Below are positions 41,840-53,726 of a stretch of 64,000 bases of DNA, one piece after another. Both the position numbers and the translations under genes were made by a program. This DNA is from Leptonemataceae bacterium (GTDB lineage: Bacteria > Spirochaetota > Leptospiria > Leptospirales > Leptonemataceae), in assembly GCA_965227295.1 (NCBI GenBank), contig OZ245742.1:5312001-5376000 (forward strand), written 5' to 3'. Each line of letters begins with the position of its first letter. Position 1 is the first letter of the stretch. The notes below the pieces were generated by a model, which saw nothing but the letters and a program-made list of their open reading frames with translations, was not told where the DNA came from and did not search any database.

Positions 41840-43508
41840 GTTTCTTTTCGCAGGATCGCACGGCCTCGTCCACATCGAAGAAAAACCGCTCCGCACCGAT
41901 GCGATCGTACATGCCCGAGGAACGCAGCACGCGAACGACCGGCATCTTCAACGCCGCGAAACACAAGTCCACCCCGCGTTCGTTCAACGTATCCGCAATC
42001 AAACGCAGCGTAGCGTCCGCGGTGCTGTCGATCCAGGTCAACGTGCTGCCGTCGATGATCACGACCTGGAGCGTTTCGTCCGCGGCCATGCGGCGAATCA
42101 GATCCTTAAAGAACGCGACGTTGCCGAAGTAGAGCTGCGCGTCGAAGCGCAGGATCACCATCCCGGGATACGGCCGGGCCTCGGGATAGTTCTTCAGATT
42201 GCGAAAGTGCCGGCTGCGCCCCACCCGGCCGAGCACGGCGGTGTGCGGGCGACTGGTATGATAAATAAAAAACGCGAGCGACGCGCCGACACCGACCAGG
42301 ATGCCCTGCTGCACGCCCAGCAACAGGGTCGCAATAAAAGCGATGAGCAGCAGATAAAAATCCGGCGAGCCCATATTACGCAAGCGGCGCGCCTGCGCCA
42401 CGTCCACCAGACCGGAGACACTGTGAATGATGATAGCCGCAAGAGCGGCGGACGGTAAGTAATAGAGAGCGTCAGTTAAGAAAGCCAGCGTGAGCACGAC
42501 CCAGGCGGCGCAGACCAGCAGTGTAAACGGAGAAGTCGCCCCGGCGCGATCGTGCACGGCCGAGCGCGAAAAGCTGGCGCTCACGGGAAAGCCCTGACTG
42601 ATCCCGGCCGCAAAGTTCGCCGCCGCCGCCGCGTAAAGTTCCCGGCCCGGATCGATCTCGTAACCGTTGCGATCGGCGAAGCTGCGGGCAATGGAGATCA
42701 TCGTCAAATAACCGATCAACGCCACGACGAAGGCCGACGGCAAGAGTTCGAGCAGCCCGGCCGCGTCCAGACGAGTCGAAGGATCAAACAGGAACGGCAA
42801 GGCCAGGGCGGGCAGGCCGCGGGGAATCTCACCGACAATACCGACCCCGCGTTCAAACAACGCAAAGGCGATCGTTGCGAGGATGCCCGCAAGCACGACG
42901 ACGAGCGGCCCGGGAATCTTCCGCGACAGACGCCCGCACACCATCAACACAACAATGCCGCCGATGCCCACAACGGCGGTGAGTGCATGCATGTCCGGAG
43001 CGCGAAGCACGGCGCCAAGAATCTCCGGAAAGTTCGTCGCTCGTTCCGCCTCGTATCCCAACAACGCCGGCAACTGACCGCCGCCGATCAAAAACGCGGC
43101 GCCCGAGGTAAAACCGCTCAACACCGGCTGCGACAAAAAGTTCACGAGATAACTCGCGCGCAACGTCGCCATGAGCAATTGAATGATCGCCACCTCAAGC
43201 GCCAGGGCCATCGCCCAGGCCGCGCGCTGTTCTTCGGCGCCGGCCACCGCCATGCCCGTCAGCGCCGCGCCGATCAACACGGTATCCAGCGCCCCCGGCC
43301 CCACCGCCAGCTGGCGCGACCGACCGATCACGGCATATGCAATCAGCGGGAGCACCGACGCATAGAGTCCGTGGTACGCGGGCAGGCCGGCCACGAGGGC
43401 GTAGGCCATGCCCTGAGGAATCAAAACGACGGCCGTGGTGGTGCCCGCGATCAGATTGCGCAGCAAGATGCGGCGGCGCGACGACGGCTTTGCGGAAGCT
43501 TCAGGCAT
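41799..43508 (-). CDS. SulP/SLC26 anion transporter with STAS domain
   Basis: IPQGMAYA..GLY, GFTSG, SFSRS, C-terminal STAS LRFDAQLYFGN..WIDST. Confidence 0.92.
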   Translation of the reverse strand: MPEASAKPSSRRRILLRNLIAGTTTAVVLIPQGMAYALVAGLPAYHGLYASVLPLIAYAVIGRSRQLAVGPGALDTVLIGAALTGMAVAGAEEQRAAWAMALALEVAIIQLLMATLRASYLVNFLSQPVLSGFTSGAAFLIGGGQLPALLGYEAERATNFPEILGAVLRAPDMHALTAVVGIGGIVVLMVCGRLSRKIPGPLVVVLAGILATIAFALFERGVGIVGEIPRGLPALALPFLFDPSTRLDAAGLLELLPSAFVVALIGYLTMISIARSFADRNGYEIDPGRELYAAAAANFAAGISQGFPVSASFSRSAVHDRAGATSPFTLLVCAAWVVLTLAFLTDALYYLPSAALAAIIIHSVSGLVDVAQARRLRNMGSPDFYLLLIAFIATLLLGVQQGILVGVGASLAFFIYHTSRPHTAVLGRVGRSRHFRNLKNYPEARPYPGMVILRFDAQLYFGNVAFFKDLIRRMAADETLQVVIIDGSTLTWIDSTADATLRLIADTLNERGVDLCFAALKMPVVRVLRSSGMYDRIGAERFFFDVDEAVRSCEKKLKARRRRRDPSPD

Positions 43509-44301
43509 GCGGGTATCCGGAACAGATGCGAATCTCCACACCGGAGCGGGCGCGACTCAGGGAATCGCCGGGCTTGAGACCGAACATGTCCCGAAACGTT
43601 CGTGTGAAGTGCGCCTGGTCCGCGAAGCCGGCGGCGTGGGCCGCGTCCGTCAGTGAGTCAAGTTTTGCCGCGGCCTCAATGGCCCGACGCAATCGCAGCC
43701 ATAGAATGTAACGCCGCAAAGGTATACCCATCTGTTCTTTGAAGAGGTGCGTGAACCGCCCTTCGGAAAGGCCGACGTGATCGGCCACGTCCTCCAGAGG
43801 AGCGCGCAAATCTTCCTGCTCGTTGATGTAGCGACAGGCTTCGACGATCCGGCCGTCCATCTCCGTAACTTTCGAAGGCGCGACCTGCAGGTCAAAACAC
43901 TGCTTGAGCAAAGCAAACACGTGGCGGCGGAGCGCCGGGCAGTCGTCCTCGTTCGGATCGCCGGCGATGTCGAAGGCCACGGCGGCGAGGCGGTCGTCCT
44001 CTACTAACTGAAAGTCAGAATTACTTAACAGGCGACGACTGAGTTCTTCGGCCTCGCTGCTTTCACGATCCAGCAAAATTAGATTCTGCAACGCATGATC
44101 GCCGTCCAGGGCGTGCTCGACATCCGCCGCAATGAGGGCGCAGCGCGTACGCAAACGCCGCGTTCCCACGCTCAGCTCGAAGGGTTCCGGCGACACGACG
44201 AACTGAATGGCATGATGGCGGTGCGCTTCGTTGTCGCGAACGGGACCGAGGAACAACGCGCCGCCCGGGAACAAAAACAATCGTCGTCGGACGGCGGCCA
44301 T
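43501..44301 (-). CDS. AraC-family transcriptional regulator
   Basis: H.HHAIQ cupin; LSEGRFTHLFKEQMG..RRY..WLRL; GFADQAHFTRTF. Confidence 0.92.
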   Translation of the reverse strand: MAAVRRRLFLFPGGALFLGPVRDNEAHRHHAIQFVVSPEPFELSVGTRRLRTRCALIAADVEHALDGDHALQNLILLDRESSEAEELSRRLLSNSDFQLVEDDRLAAVAFDIAGDPNEDDCPALRRHVFALLKQCFDLQVAPSKVTEMDGRIVEACRYINEQEDLRAPLEDVADHVGLSEGRFTHLFKEQMGIPLRRYILWLRLRRAIEAAAKLDSLTDAAHAAGFADQAHFTRTFRDMFGLKPGDSLSRARSGVEIRICSGYPHA

Positions 44302-44351
44302 GGGGCAAAGCTGACCGGCCAGGCCCCGCTCAGTCAACGAGATTCGGTTGC

Positions 44352-45350
44352 TCAACGTACGTGGATCCACCGGCCGACGCGTACCGGACGATAACGTTCG
44401 CCGAACGCCGCGGCAAAGCGCGCGATGACTTCGTCGGAGGTATCATGTCCACCGAGTCCGACGAGACCCGGTGACAGATCCTGCAACAAAACCAGATCGC
44501 TTTCGACCTCGTCCCACCCCAGCGGTTGCCAGGGCCCGCGTCCGGACGCAAAGAGGCGCTGGGCATTCAGACCGAGAATTTCCAGGCGGCCGGACGGCAC
44601 CGGATAGTGCAGATCACCGACGATGCCGTAGATCGGCTCATCGAACGACGCGCGGACGCGGGCGACGAGACGCCCCAGGGTTTGGTGGCCGCAGCCTACG
44701 ATCAACACCAGGCCCCGCCCCGCCAGGTTCACCACCAGGGCCTGTTCATCAATGCGACCAATGAACAGGTGCCGCGGGATCGTCCCCGTACTTGCGAAGC
44801 CCGGCAGTAACATCTGTGGATCAGCAGTTAACCGCGGTTCCAGGCCGGGATAACTCAGCGGCACCGGCGCAAAGACCGGCATGTTCTTGAGCGGGCGCTG
44901 CGCGGTACCGAACGAAAAGGAATTCTCGCGCGCCCACGTTCGGCCGCCCACGTGATCAAAGTGCGCATGCGACAGAAAAATCGCGTCGATGTCTTCGATG
45001 TTCACGCCCAATCGTTGCATGTTGTGTTCGAGGGGCGACGGGCTTTGGTTGGTCGCGTTCTGCCCGAGATCAAAAAGCACGGTGAAACGATCCGTGCGCA
45101 CGAGGTACGCGACGCCCATCTCGGTCCGCAGTTCCGCGGAATCAGTGTGCCAGTTGACGAGCGGCAGAATCGAAAGCGAGGTCGCCGCGCCGAAATCCTT
45201 AACTTTCGACGGCACGAACTCAGCCCATTCCCGATCCGCGGCGCGTACGCCGAGTTCGTGCCGCGTGTACACCAGGGCAACGACCGACAACAACAGCAGC
45301 GCCGCGACGAATCCAAACTTACGCCAGGTTCCCGTAAACATCGTACTCAC
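44352..45350 (-). CDS. MBL-fold metallo-hydrolase with N-terminal membrane anchor
   Basis: LFDLG, LSHAHFDHVGG, EQAL, VGCGH, GDLH, GGHD. Confidence 0.85.
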   Translation of the reverse strand: MSTMFTGTWRKFGFVAALLLLSVVALVYTRHELGVRAADREWAEFVPSKVKDFGAATSLSILPLVNWHTDSAELRTEMGVAYLVRTDRFTVLFDLGQNATNQSPSPLEHNMQRLGVNIEDIDAIFLSHAHFDHVGGRTWARENSFSFGTAQRPLKNMPVFAPVPLSYPGLEPRLTADPQMLLPGFASTGTIPRHLFIGRIDEQALVVNLAGRGLVLIVGCGHQTLGRLVARVRASFDEPIYGIVGDLHYPVPSGRLEILGLNAQRLFASGRGPWQPLGWDEVESDLVLLQDLSPGLVGLGGHDTSDEVIARFAAAFGERYRPVRVGRWIHVR

Positions 45351-45688
45351 CTCACGTCCAGGATCGCCTGGAGATCCGCGGGCACGGGCATGGGTTGCAC
45401 CGGACTCACGTTCGCCCCGCCCGTGTTCCCTACCGGTACCCAGATCCGCGAAATCACCAACGACGCCGCCATGCGCACGACCTGGCCGAATATTTCGCGT
45501 ACGTCCCGGCGGCGCAGGCCGACCTTAAACATCCACCAGTGCGATTCCGTGTGCGGCAGAATGTAGCGCTGGCCGAGAATGTGAGCGCGCTCCAGGTGAT
45601 GAAACGACTCATCGAGGTTTCCTTCCCGATAGTACTTCGCGGCAATGCGCATTTCCGCGCGAAAGGCCTGTTTGAGTGGTGCGTGCAT
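45347..45688 (-). CDS. DUF3703-family protein
   Basis: HLERAHILGQ...H...HW.M, P.GNTGGANV; GTGA overlap with the MBL gene. Confidence 0.85.
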   Translation of the reverse strand: MHAPLKQAFRAEMRIAAKYYREGNLDESFHHLERAHILGQRYILPHTESHWWMFKVGLRRRDVREIFGQVVRMAASLVISRIWVPVGNTGGANVSPVQPMPVPADLQAILDVR

Positions 45689-45804
45689 GCTGATATCCCT
45701 CCGAATTGATGCCGGAGTGTAGCCCGCATCCCTGGCACACGATTGAACAAACTGGCTATCGTGATTTTTACTTCTGCGTGCCGGGCCGCATCCTAATCTG
45801 CCCC

Positions 45805-46551
45805 ATGCCCACGCCCCCGCTCGTCAGCCTTGCGCGCGCCCTCTCCCGCTCCGTGAACAACCTGTCGTTCTCAGAGCCGGTGAGCCACGTTTACAATCCC
45901 CTCGATTATACGAAGGCCGTGCACGAGTTTTACCTGACCGAGTACGGTTCCGATACAAAGCGTGTGCTCTTTCTCGGCATGAATCCCGGGCCCTTCGGCA
46001 TGGCCCAGACCGGCGTGCCCTTCGGCGAAATCGCCGCGGCCCGGGACTGGATGAAGGTCCCCACGAACCTGGCCGCGAAAATCAAACCACCCGCGAACGA
46101 ACATCCGAAACGGCCCATCCAGGGTTTCGCCTGCGAAAAATCCGAGGTGAGCGGGCGGCGACTCTGGGGGCTCTTCGCCGAACGATTCGGCACGGCGAAG
46201 AAGTTCTTCGCACAACACTTCGTGGCGAACTACTGTCCGCTGGTTTTCATGAACGAGAAGGGTGCTAATGTAACACCGGACAAACTTAAGAAAAACGAGG
46301 CCGCGGCTTTGTTCGCGGCCTGCGACGATCATCTCGCGAAGTTCATCCGGGCGGTGGGCCCGGAGTTCGTGGTGGGCATCGGCAAGTTCGCGGAAAAACG
46401 CGCCCAACTCGTCTGCGATGCGGCGGGCATCACGGACGTGAAGATCGTGACGGTGCTGCACCCGTCACCGGCCAGCCCCGCGGCGAACAAGGGCTGGGCG
46501 GAGAAAGCAACGACGCAATTGATCGAAGCCGGCGTGTGGCCGAAGAAATAA
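45805..46551 (+). CDS. SMUG1-type (family 3) uracil-DNA glycosylase
   Basis: VYNPLDY, GMNPGPFGMAQTGVPFG, SEVSG.R.W, NYCPL, HPSPASP. Confidence 0.92.
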   Translation: MPTPPLVSLARALSRSVNNLSFSEPVSHVYNPLDYTKAVHEFYLTEYGSDTKRVLFLGMNPGPFGMAQTGVPFGEIAAARDWMKVPTNLAAKIKPPANEHPKRPIQGFACEKSEVSGRRLWGLFAERFGTAKKFFAQHFVANYCPLVFMNEKGANVTPDKLKKNEAAALFAACDDHLAKFIRAVGPEFVVGIGKFAEKRAQLVCDAAGITDVKIVTVLHPSPASPAANKGWAEKATTQLIEAGVWPKK

Positions 46552-46555
46552 CGGA

Positions 46556-47014
46556 TCACTGCACCTGCAGGCAGTTCACTCGTTCGATGCGCGGCGAACC
46601 CGGCGGTGCCGCCACGGTAATACCGGCGCCCTTCGCCGCGGCAGCCTCACGATCGGAGATGCGCTGCACGCGGATGGTCCCGCTTCCGTGAGACACCACC
46701 GGCGAAATACGCAGGGCACACGGGGACCACAGGATGCCGCAGTCGTACTGCTCCTTGCGGACGCGCATGTTGATTAAGATCGGACTCGCCGCGGGCAGCG
46801 CGATGCTGTTGTTCTTTTCGATGACGCCGCTGCCGCTGACGTAGACGGACTCAAAGTAACCGAGGACCACCTCCTGCTCCGTTTCTAACGCGCAGGCATT
46901 CTGGATTGCGGCCGTCATCAAGAGGCCGATGCTCTCGGATTGTTCTTTCCCCTGGGATGAAGCGCACGTTACGCACAGCGCCCCCGCCAAAACACAACTC
47001 ACCCATCGCATCAT
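46556..47014 (-). CDS. Hypothetical secreted/lipoprotein
   Basis: GGAGG RBS; hydrophobic leader ending in Cys; fills the gap between flanking genes. Confidence 0.55.
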   Translation of the reverse strand: MMRWVSCVLAGALCVTCASSQGKEQSESIGLLMTAAIQNACALETEQEVVLGYFESVYVSGSGVIEKNNSIALPAASPILINMRVRKEQYDCGILWSPCALRISPVVSHGSGTIRVQRISDREAAAAKGAGITVAAPPGSPRIERVNCLQVQ

Positions 47015-47072
47015 AGTTTTTATCCCTCCGCGTCCTCGGAGCCCCGGCGGCTAAACTTCTTCTAAAATTACT

Positions 47073-48323
47073 CTAATCATCCAACAAGTGGACGAGAAAG
47101 CCCGAGCGCAGTTTCGGTTCGAACCAGGTGGACTTCGGCGGCATGACCTTGCCGGCGTCCGCCACCGCGAGCAGTTGGGCCGTGGTCACCGGAGGCATGG
47201 CGAAGGCGCAGGCGAATTTACCCGAATCCACCAGGCGCTGCAGCTCCTGATCGCCGCGGATGCCGCCGACAAAACTCACGCGATCCGAGGTGCGCGGATC
47301 GTCGATGCCCAGCATGGGAGCGAGCACGTGATTCTGCAAGATGCTCGGCGCCAGCCGGCCGATTTCGTCGGCGTCTTTGTAGAGTGCTTCACTCGCCGTA
47401 AGACCGATCCAGCGCCCTTCGACGTAGAGGTTCATCTCGTACGGCCCGGGGTCCGCGTGTTTGCTTTCGCTTACGCGAAAGCCGTTCGCGCGCAATGACT
47501 CAATGAAGTCGCCGGTGTTCATGCCGCCCAGATCTTTCACCGCGCGGTTGTACGGGAGGATCTTCATTTGATCGTCGGGGAAGATGACCGTGAGAAAATG
47601 ATTGAACAGTTCGCTGCCGCTGACGTTGCCCGCGCGTTCCCGGCGCAGGCGGCCGACGGAGTTCGCGGACGCGGCCCGGTGATGGCCGTCCGCAATGTAC
47701 GTCGCCGAAAGTTTGCCGAAGAGCTCCAGCAACTTCGATTGTAAATCGCCCGGCGGGACCGGATAGATTTGATGGCGGACACCGTCGTCGAAGGACTCGT
47801 CGTAAAGCGGCGCGTTCGCGTCGGCGTGACCGTCCATGAGCTTCGCGATCTCCGCCTGGTCGGCGGAACGATACAGCAGAAACACCGGCCCGGTGTTCGC
47901 GCCGAGCACGTCGATGTGCGTGGTGCGATCCTTTTCTTTTTCGGGACGGGTGAACTCGTGTTTCTTAATGACGTCGTTGAAGTAATCGTCGATGGCCGAG
48001 GTCGCCACGAGGCCGGTTTGCCGGTGGCCTTTCCAGTGCAGACGATAGATGTACAGCGAGGCCTGGTCTTCGCGCACCAGGGCGCCTTCGCTCAGGAACT
48101 TCTGTAAGTTCTCTTTCGCGCGCTCGTAGATTTTCGGATCGTAGGGGCTGATCTCATCGCCGAACTCCAGGTCCGAACGAATGACGCGTAAAAACGACGA
48201 CGGCTTGCCGTTCGCCATCTCCCTGGCCTCGTCTCGATCGAGGACGTCATAAGGAACGCTGACAATATCTTTTGCGCGAGCAGGATCGGGCCGCACGGCC
48301 CGGAAGGGTCGAATGTCTACCAT
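47073..48323 (-). CDS. DUF1015-family protein
   Basis: I.PFRA.RP, PYDV, KHE.T, YIADGHHR, MPPKSTWFEPKL.SG. Confidence 0.9.
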   Translation of the reverse strand: MVDIRPFRAVRPDPARAKDIVSVPYDVLDRDEAREMANGKPSSFLRVIRSDLEFGDEISPYDPKIYERAKENLQKFLSEGALVREDQASLYIYRLHWKGHRQTGLVATSAIDDYFNDVIKKHEFTRPEKEKDRTTHIDVLGANTGPVFLLYRSADQAEIAKLMDGHADANAPLYDESFDDGVRHQIYPVPPGDLQSKLLELFGKLSATYIADGHHRAASANSVGRLRRERAGNVSGSELFNHFLTVIFPDDQMKILPYNRAVKDLGGMNTGDFIESLRANGFRVSESKHADPGPYEMNLYVEGRWIGLTASEALYKDADEIGRLAPSILQNHVLAPMLGIDDPRTSDRVSFVGGIRGDQELQRLVDSGKFACAFAMPPVTTAQLLAVADAGKVMPPKSTWFEPKLRSGFLVHLLDD

Positions 48324-48372
48324 ACTAAAGCTGAGTTCAAGTTAGTGAAGTTTTGAGGAACGACCAGGCGTT

Positions 48373-48924
48373 TCAGGCGCCGTGGTCTTCTTCCCAGTAT
48401 GCCGAGGGTTGCGTGGTCGCGGTCCCCTGGGTCGTGTATGCCGAATATGCTTCGAGGAACATGCGGTTCTCGTCCTGGAAGTTCGCCATACGATGAAACA
48501 GAAAGCGGATGTTCGGATCTTCGAACTTCTCCGCCATTTTACGATAAAAGTCCGAGGCGTCCTCGTGCTCCTGGGTTGCCAGGCTCACCGCTTCGATTTC
48601 GTCGCCCAGGGCGTCCTTGTCGGTGTTCCGATCGAGTTTGCGCATGAGCACCTGGAGCGAGGTCTGATGAAACTTCGAGACCGCGGACATCATTTTGAGG
48701 TTCGGCAGGGCCTCGCCCTTCTGCACCTCGCCGTACATCTCGCGGATCATGCCGATGTGTTCGTCCACCTCACCGGCGAGCTGGTAGAAGAGATCCTTCA
48801 CGGGACCGTCGGGCATCTTATCCGCGTTGCGGTGATAAAACTCGAACATGCGCGTCTCGTGATCGATGGCCGATGCCACGGCCTCCAGGAACGTCGTCTT
48901 CTTAACCGGCTTGAATTTACCCAT
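48373..48924 (-). CDS. Ferritin/rubrerythrin-like four-helix protein
   Basis: A...E....FY and LF..LA.E..EH pattern repeated twice; second half degenerate (FQDENR). Confidence 0.75.
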   Translation of the reverse strand: MGKFKPVKKTTFLEAVASAIDHETRMFEFYHRNADKMPDGPVKDLFYQLAGEVDEHIGMIREMYGEVQKGEALPNLKMMSAVSKFHQTSLQVLMRKLDRNTDKDALGDEIEAVSLATQEHEDASDFYRKMAEKFEDPNIRFLFHRMANFQDENRMFLEAYSAYTTQGTATTQPSAYWEEDHGA

Positions 48925-49000
48925 GATTACACCTTAGCCTGTCCGAATTATTCGTAAATCGTTTTTCCGCCGCGTTGGCCGGGAAGAATACAAGGCGGGA

Positions 49001-49127
49001 TTTTTTTGGGCGTTCCCCCGCGCTACGCGCGGGGTCGGGCTGCTACAGGCTCCGCCTTCGGCTACGGTCTCACGAAGACGCGAGACTCGCGCTAACGCGC
49101 GACCTTCCGCATCCCTAACGCGAAGAG
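49001..49127 (+). repeat. Structured intergenic repeat, full copy
   Basis: TTTTTTTGGGCG-CCCCGCGC/GCGCGGGG-TCGGGCT..GGCTC..GTCTC/GAGAC-TCGCGC/GCGCGA-..ATCCCTAACGCGAAGAG. Confidence 0.9.
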
Positions 49128-49164
49128 CTTTCATACGCCGCATCACCCCAACCATGTCCCTTCC

Positions 49165-49188
49165 CTCTGTGTTCTCTGTGCCTCTGTG
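49165..49188 (+). repeat. Short CTCTGTG x3 repeat
   Basis: CTCTGTG at 49165, 49174 and 49182, just past the ileS stop. Confidence 0.7.
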
Positions 49189-49200
49189 GCCAAAGGAGTT

Positions 49201-52542
<3,342 letters not shown>

Positions 52543-52792
52543 ATGTCTCCTGGCCGACACGGAGTCGGGCGAGATGAGGACCAGGACACCGGGGGCGGGT
52601 GCGGCCATCAAGTAGAATGCCCGCGCCCTGCACTTAGAATGCGGTGAAACGACTAATTCTCTCGAAATCTTTAAAAAAAGAATTGCCCGAATCGTGCAAG
52701 CGGTGAGTACTATCGCCGCGCGCACAGGTCGTGCGCCCGCACGTACGCAACGTACCGTTGACCACCACAAGGACTAAGTAAGGAGCGCTTCT

Positions 52793-53275
52793 TTGAGCTA
52801 CGATAGACATGCAGCCAGGGCCTTTGTCGAGTTACGCTTCGGCCCCAAATGGACCTATATTTCCACGGTTCGGACCTTTATTCAGAACTTCCTGGCCATT
52901 ACCCTTGAAGATAAAATCAAAGCCGACAAGGTTTCCATGGCCGTTAGCGAGCTTGTGGAAAACGCGGTGAAGTATTCAAACCAGGAAGACACCTTCCTCC
53001 GGCTGGAAGAACCGCCGGATCGCAACTCCATCGAAGTTGTTGTATCCAACAACGCCGAAGCGGACCAGGCGGAATCCCTGCTGAAGTTCGTCTCCGAAAT
53101 GGAGGAGCTTCCCCCGCTCGAAGCCTACATGAAAATGATGCGCTTGAGCGCAGAACGACAGGACGGCAAGTCTCAGTTGGGCCTCGCCCGCATTCGTTAC
53201 GAAGCAAACGCGGAACTGAACGTCACCTTCGAAAACGGACTGGTGACCATCCGCGCCAAATTCAATCTCTCCTGA
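52793..53275 (+). CDS. GHKL-type anti-sigma/switch kinase-like protein (RsbW/SiaB-like)
   Basis: ELVENAVKY N-box, SQLGLARI; TTG start after AAGGAG. Confidence 0.75.
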   Translation: MSYDRHAARAFVELRFGPKWTYISTVRTFIQNFLAITLEDKIKADKVSMAVSELVENAVKYSNQEDTFLRLEEPPDRNSIEVVVSNNAEADQAESLLKFVSEMEELPPLEAYMKMMRLSAERQDGKSQLGLARIRYEANAELNVTFENGLVTIRAKFNLS

Positions 53276-53308
53276 GCGGAGAAGGCATAATCCGGAGATA
53301 CCATAACA

Positions 53309-53695
53309 ATGAGCAAACTGAACGTAGAGAATCTGAAGCTGGACAAGGTTTCGATCACCGTGTCCGACAGCCAGGACGCGGCCGAGGTGAAGCTGGTCGG
53401 TGAAATCGACGTCGAAGATCCGAGCCAGGAAATCAAACCGTTCCTGAACAAACTGCACGAGGCCATCATCGGCGCTTCGTTTAAGTCCGTGAACGTGGAC
53501 TTTCTGCAACTCAGCTTCATGAACTCAAGCGGCATCAAGGAACTCGTCAACTGGATCATGAAAGTGAACGTCCTGCCGCCGGATCAAAAATACAAAATCA
53601 ATCTGATCTACTCCAAGAGCATTACCTGGCAGGTATCCAGTCTGCCCGTTCTTCAAAAACTGCACCCGGACGTCGTCGAAGTCAAAGAAGTCTGA
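53309..53695 (+). CDS. STAS-like anti-sigma antagonist
   Basis: L.GEID, VDF..LSFMNSSGI (phosphoacceptor Ser region), WQ..SL. Confidence 0.8.
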   Translation: MSKLNVENLKLDKVSITVSDSQDAAEVKLVGEIDVEDPSQEIKPFLNKLHEAIIGASFKSVNVDFLQLSFMNSSGIKELVNWIMKVNVLPPDQKYKINLIYSKSITWQVSSLPVLQKLHPDVVEVKEV

Positions 53696-53726
53696 GGCTT
53701 CCGGCGGCGTTCCCACCGCACCTTTC

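Noticed and set aside
45732..45747. Sigma-54-like TGGCAC sites (also near 19627 and 16806)
   Set aside because: No GC at the required GG-N10-GC spacing.
52543..52792. T-box leader upstream of ileS
   Set aside because: No GGTGGNACCGCG T-box sequence or terminator visible on the minus strand.
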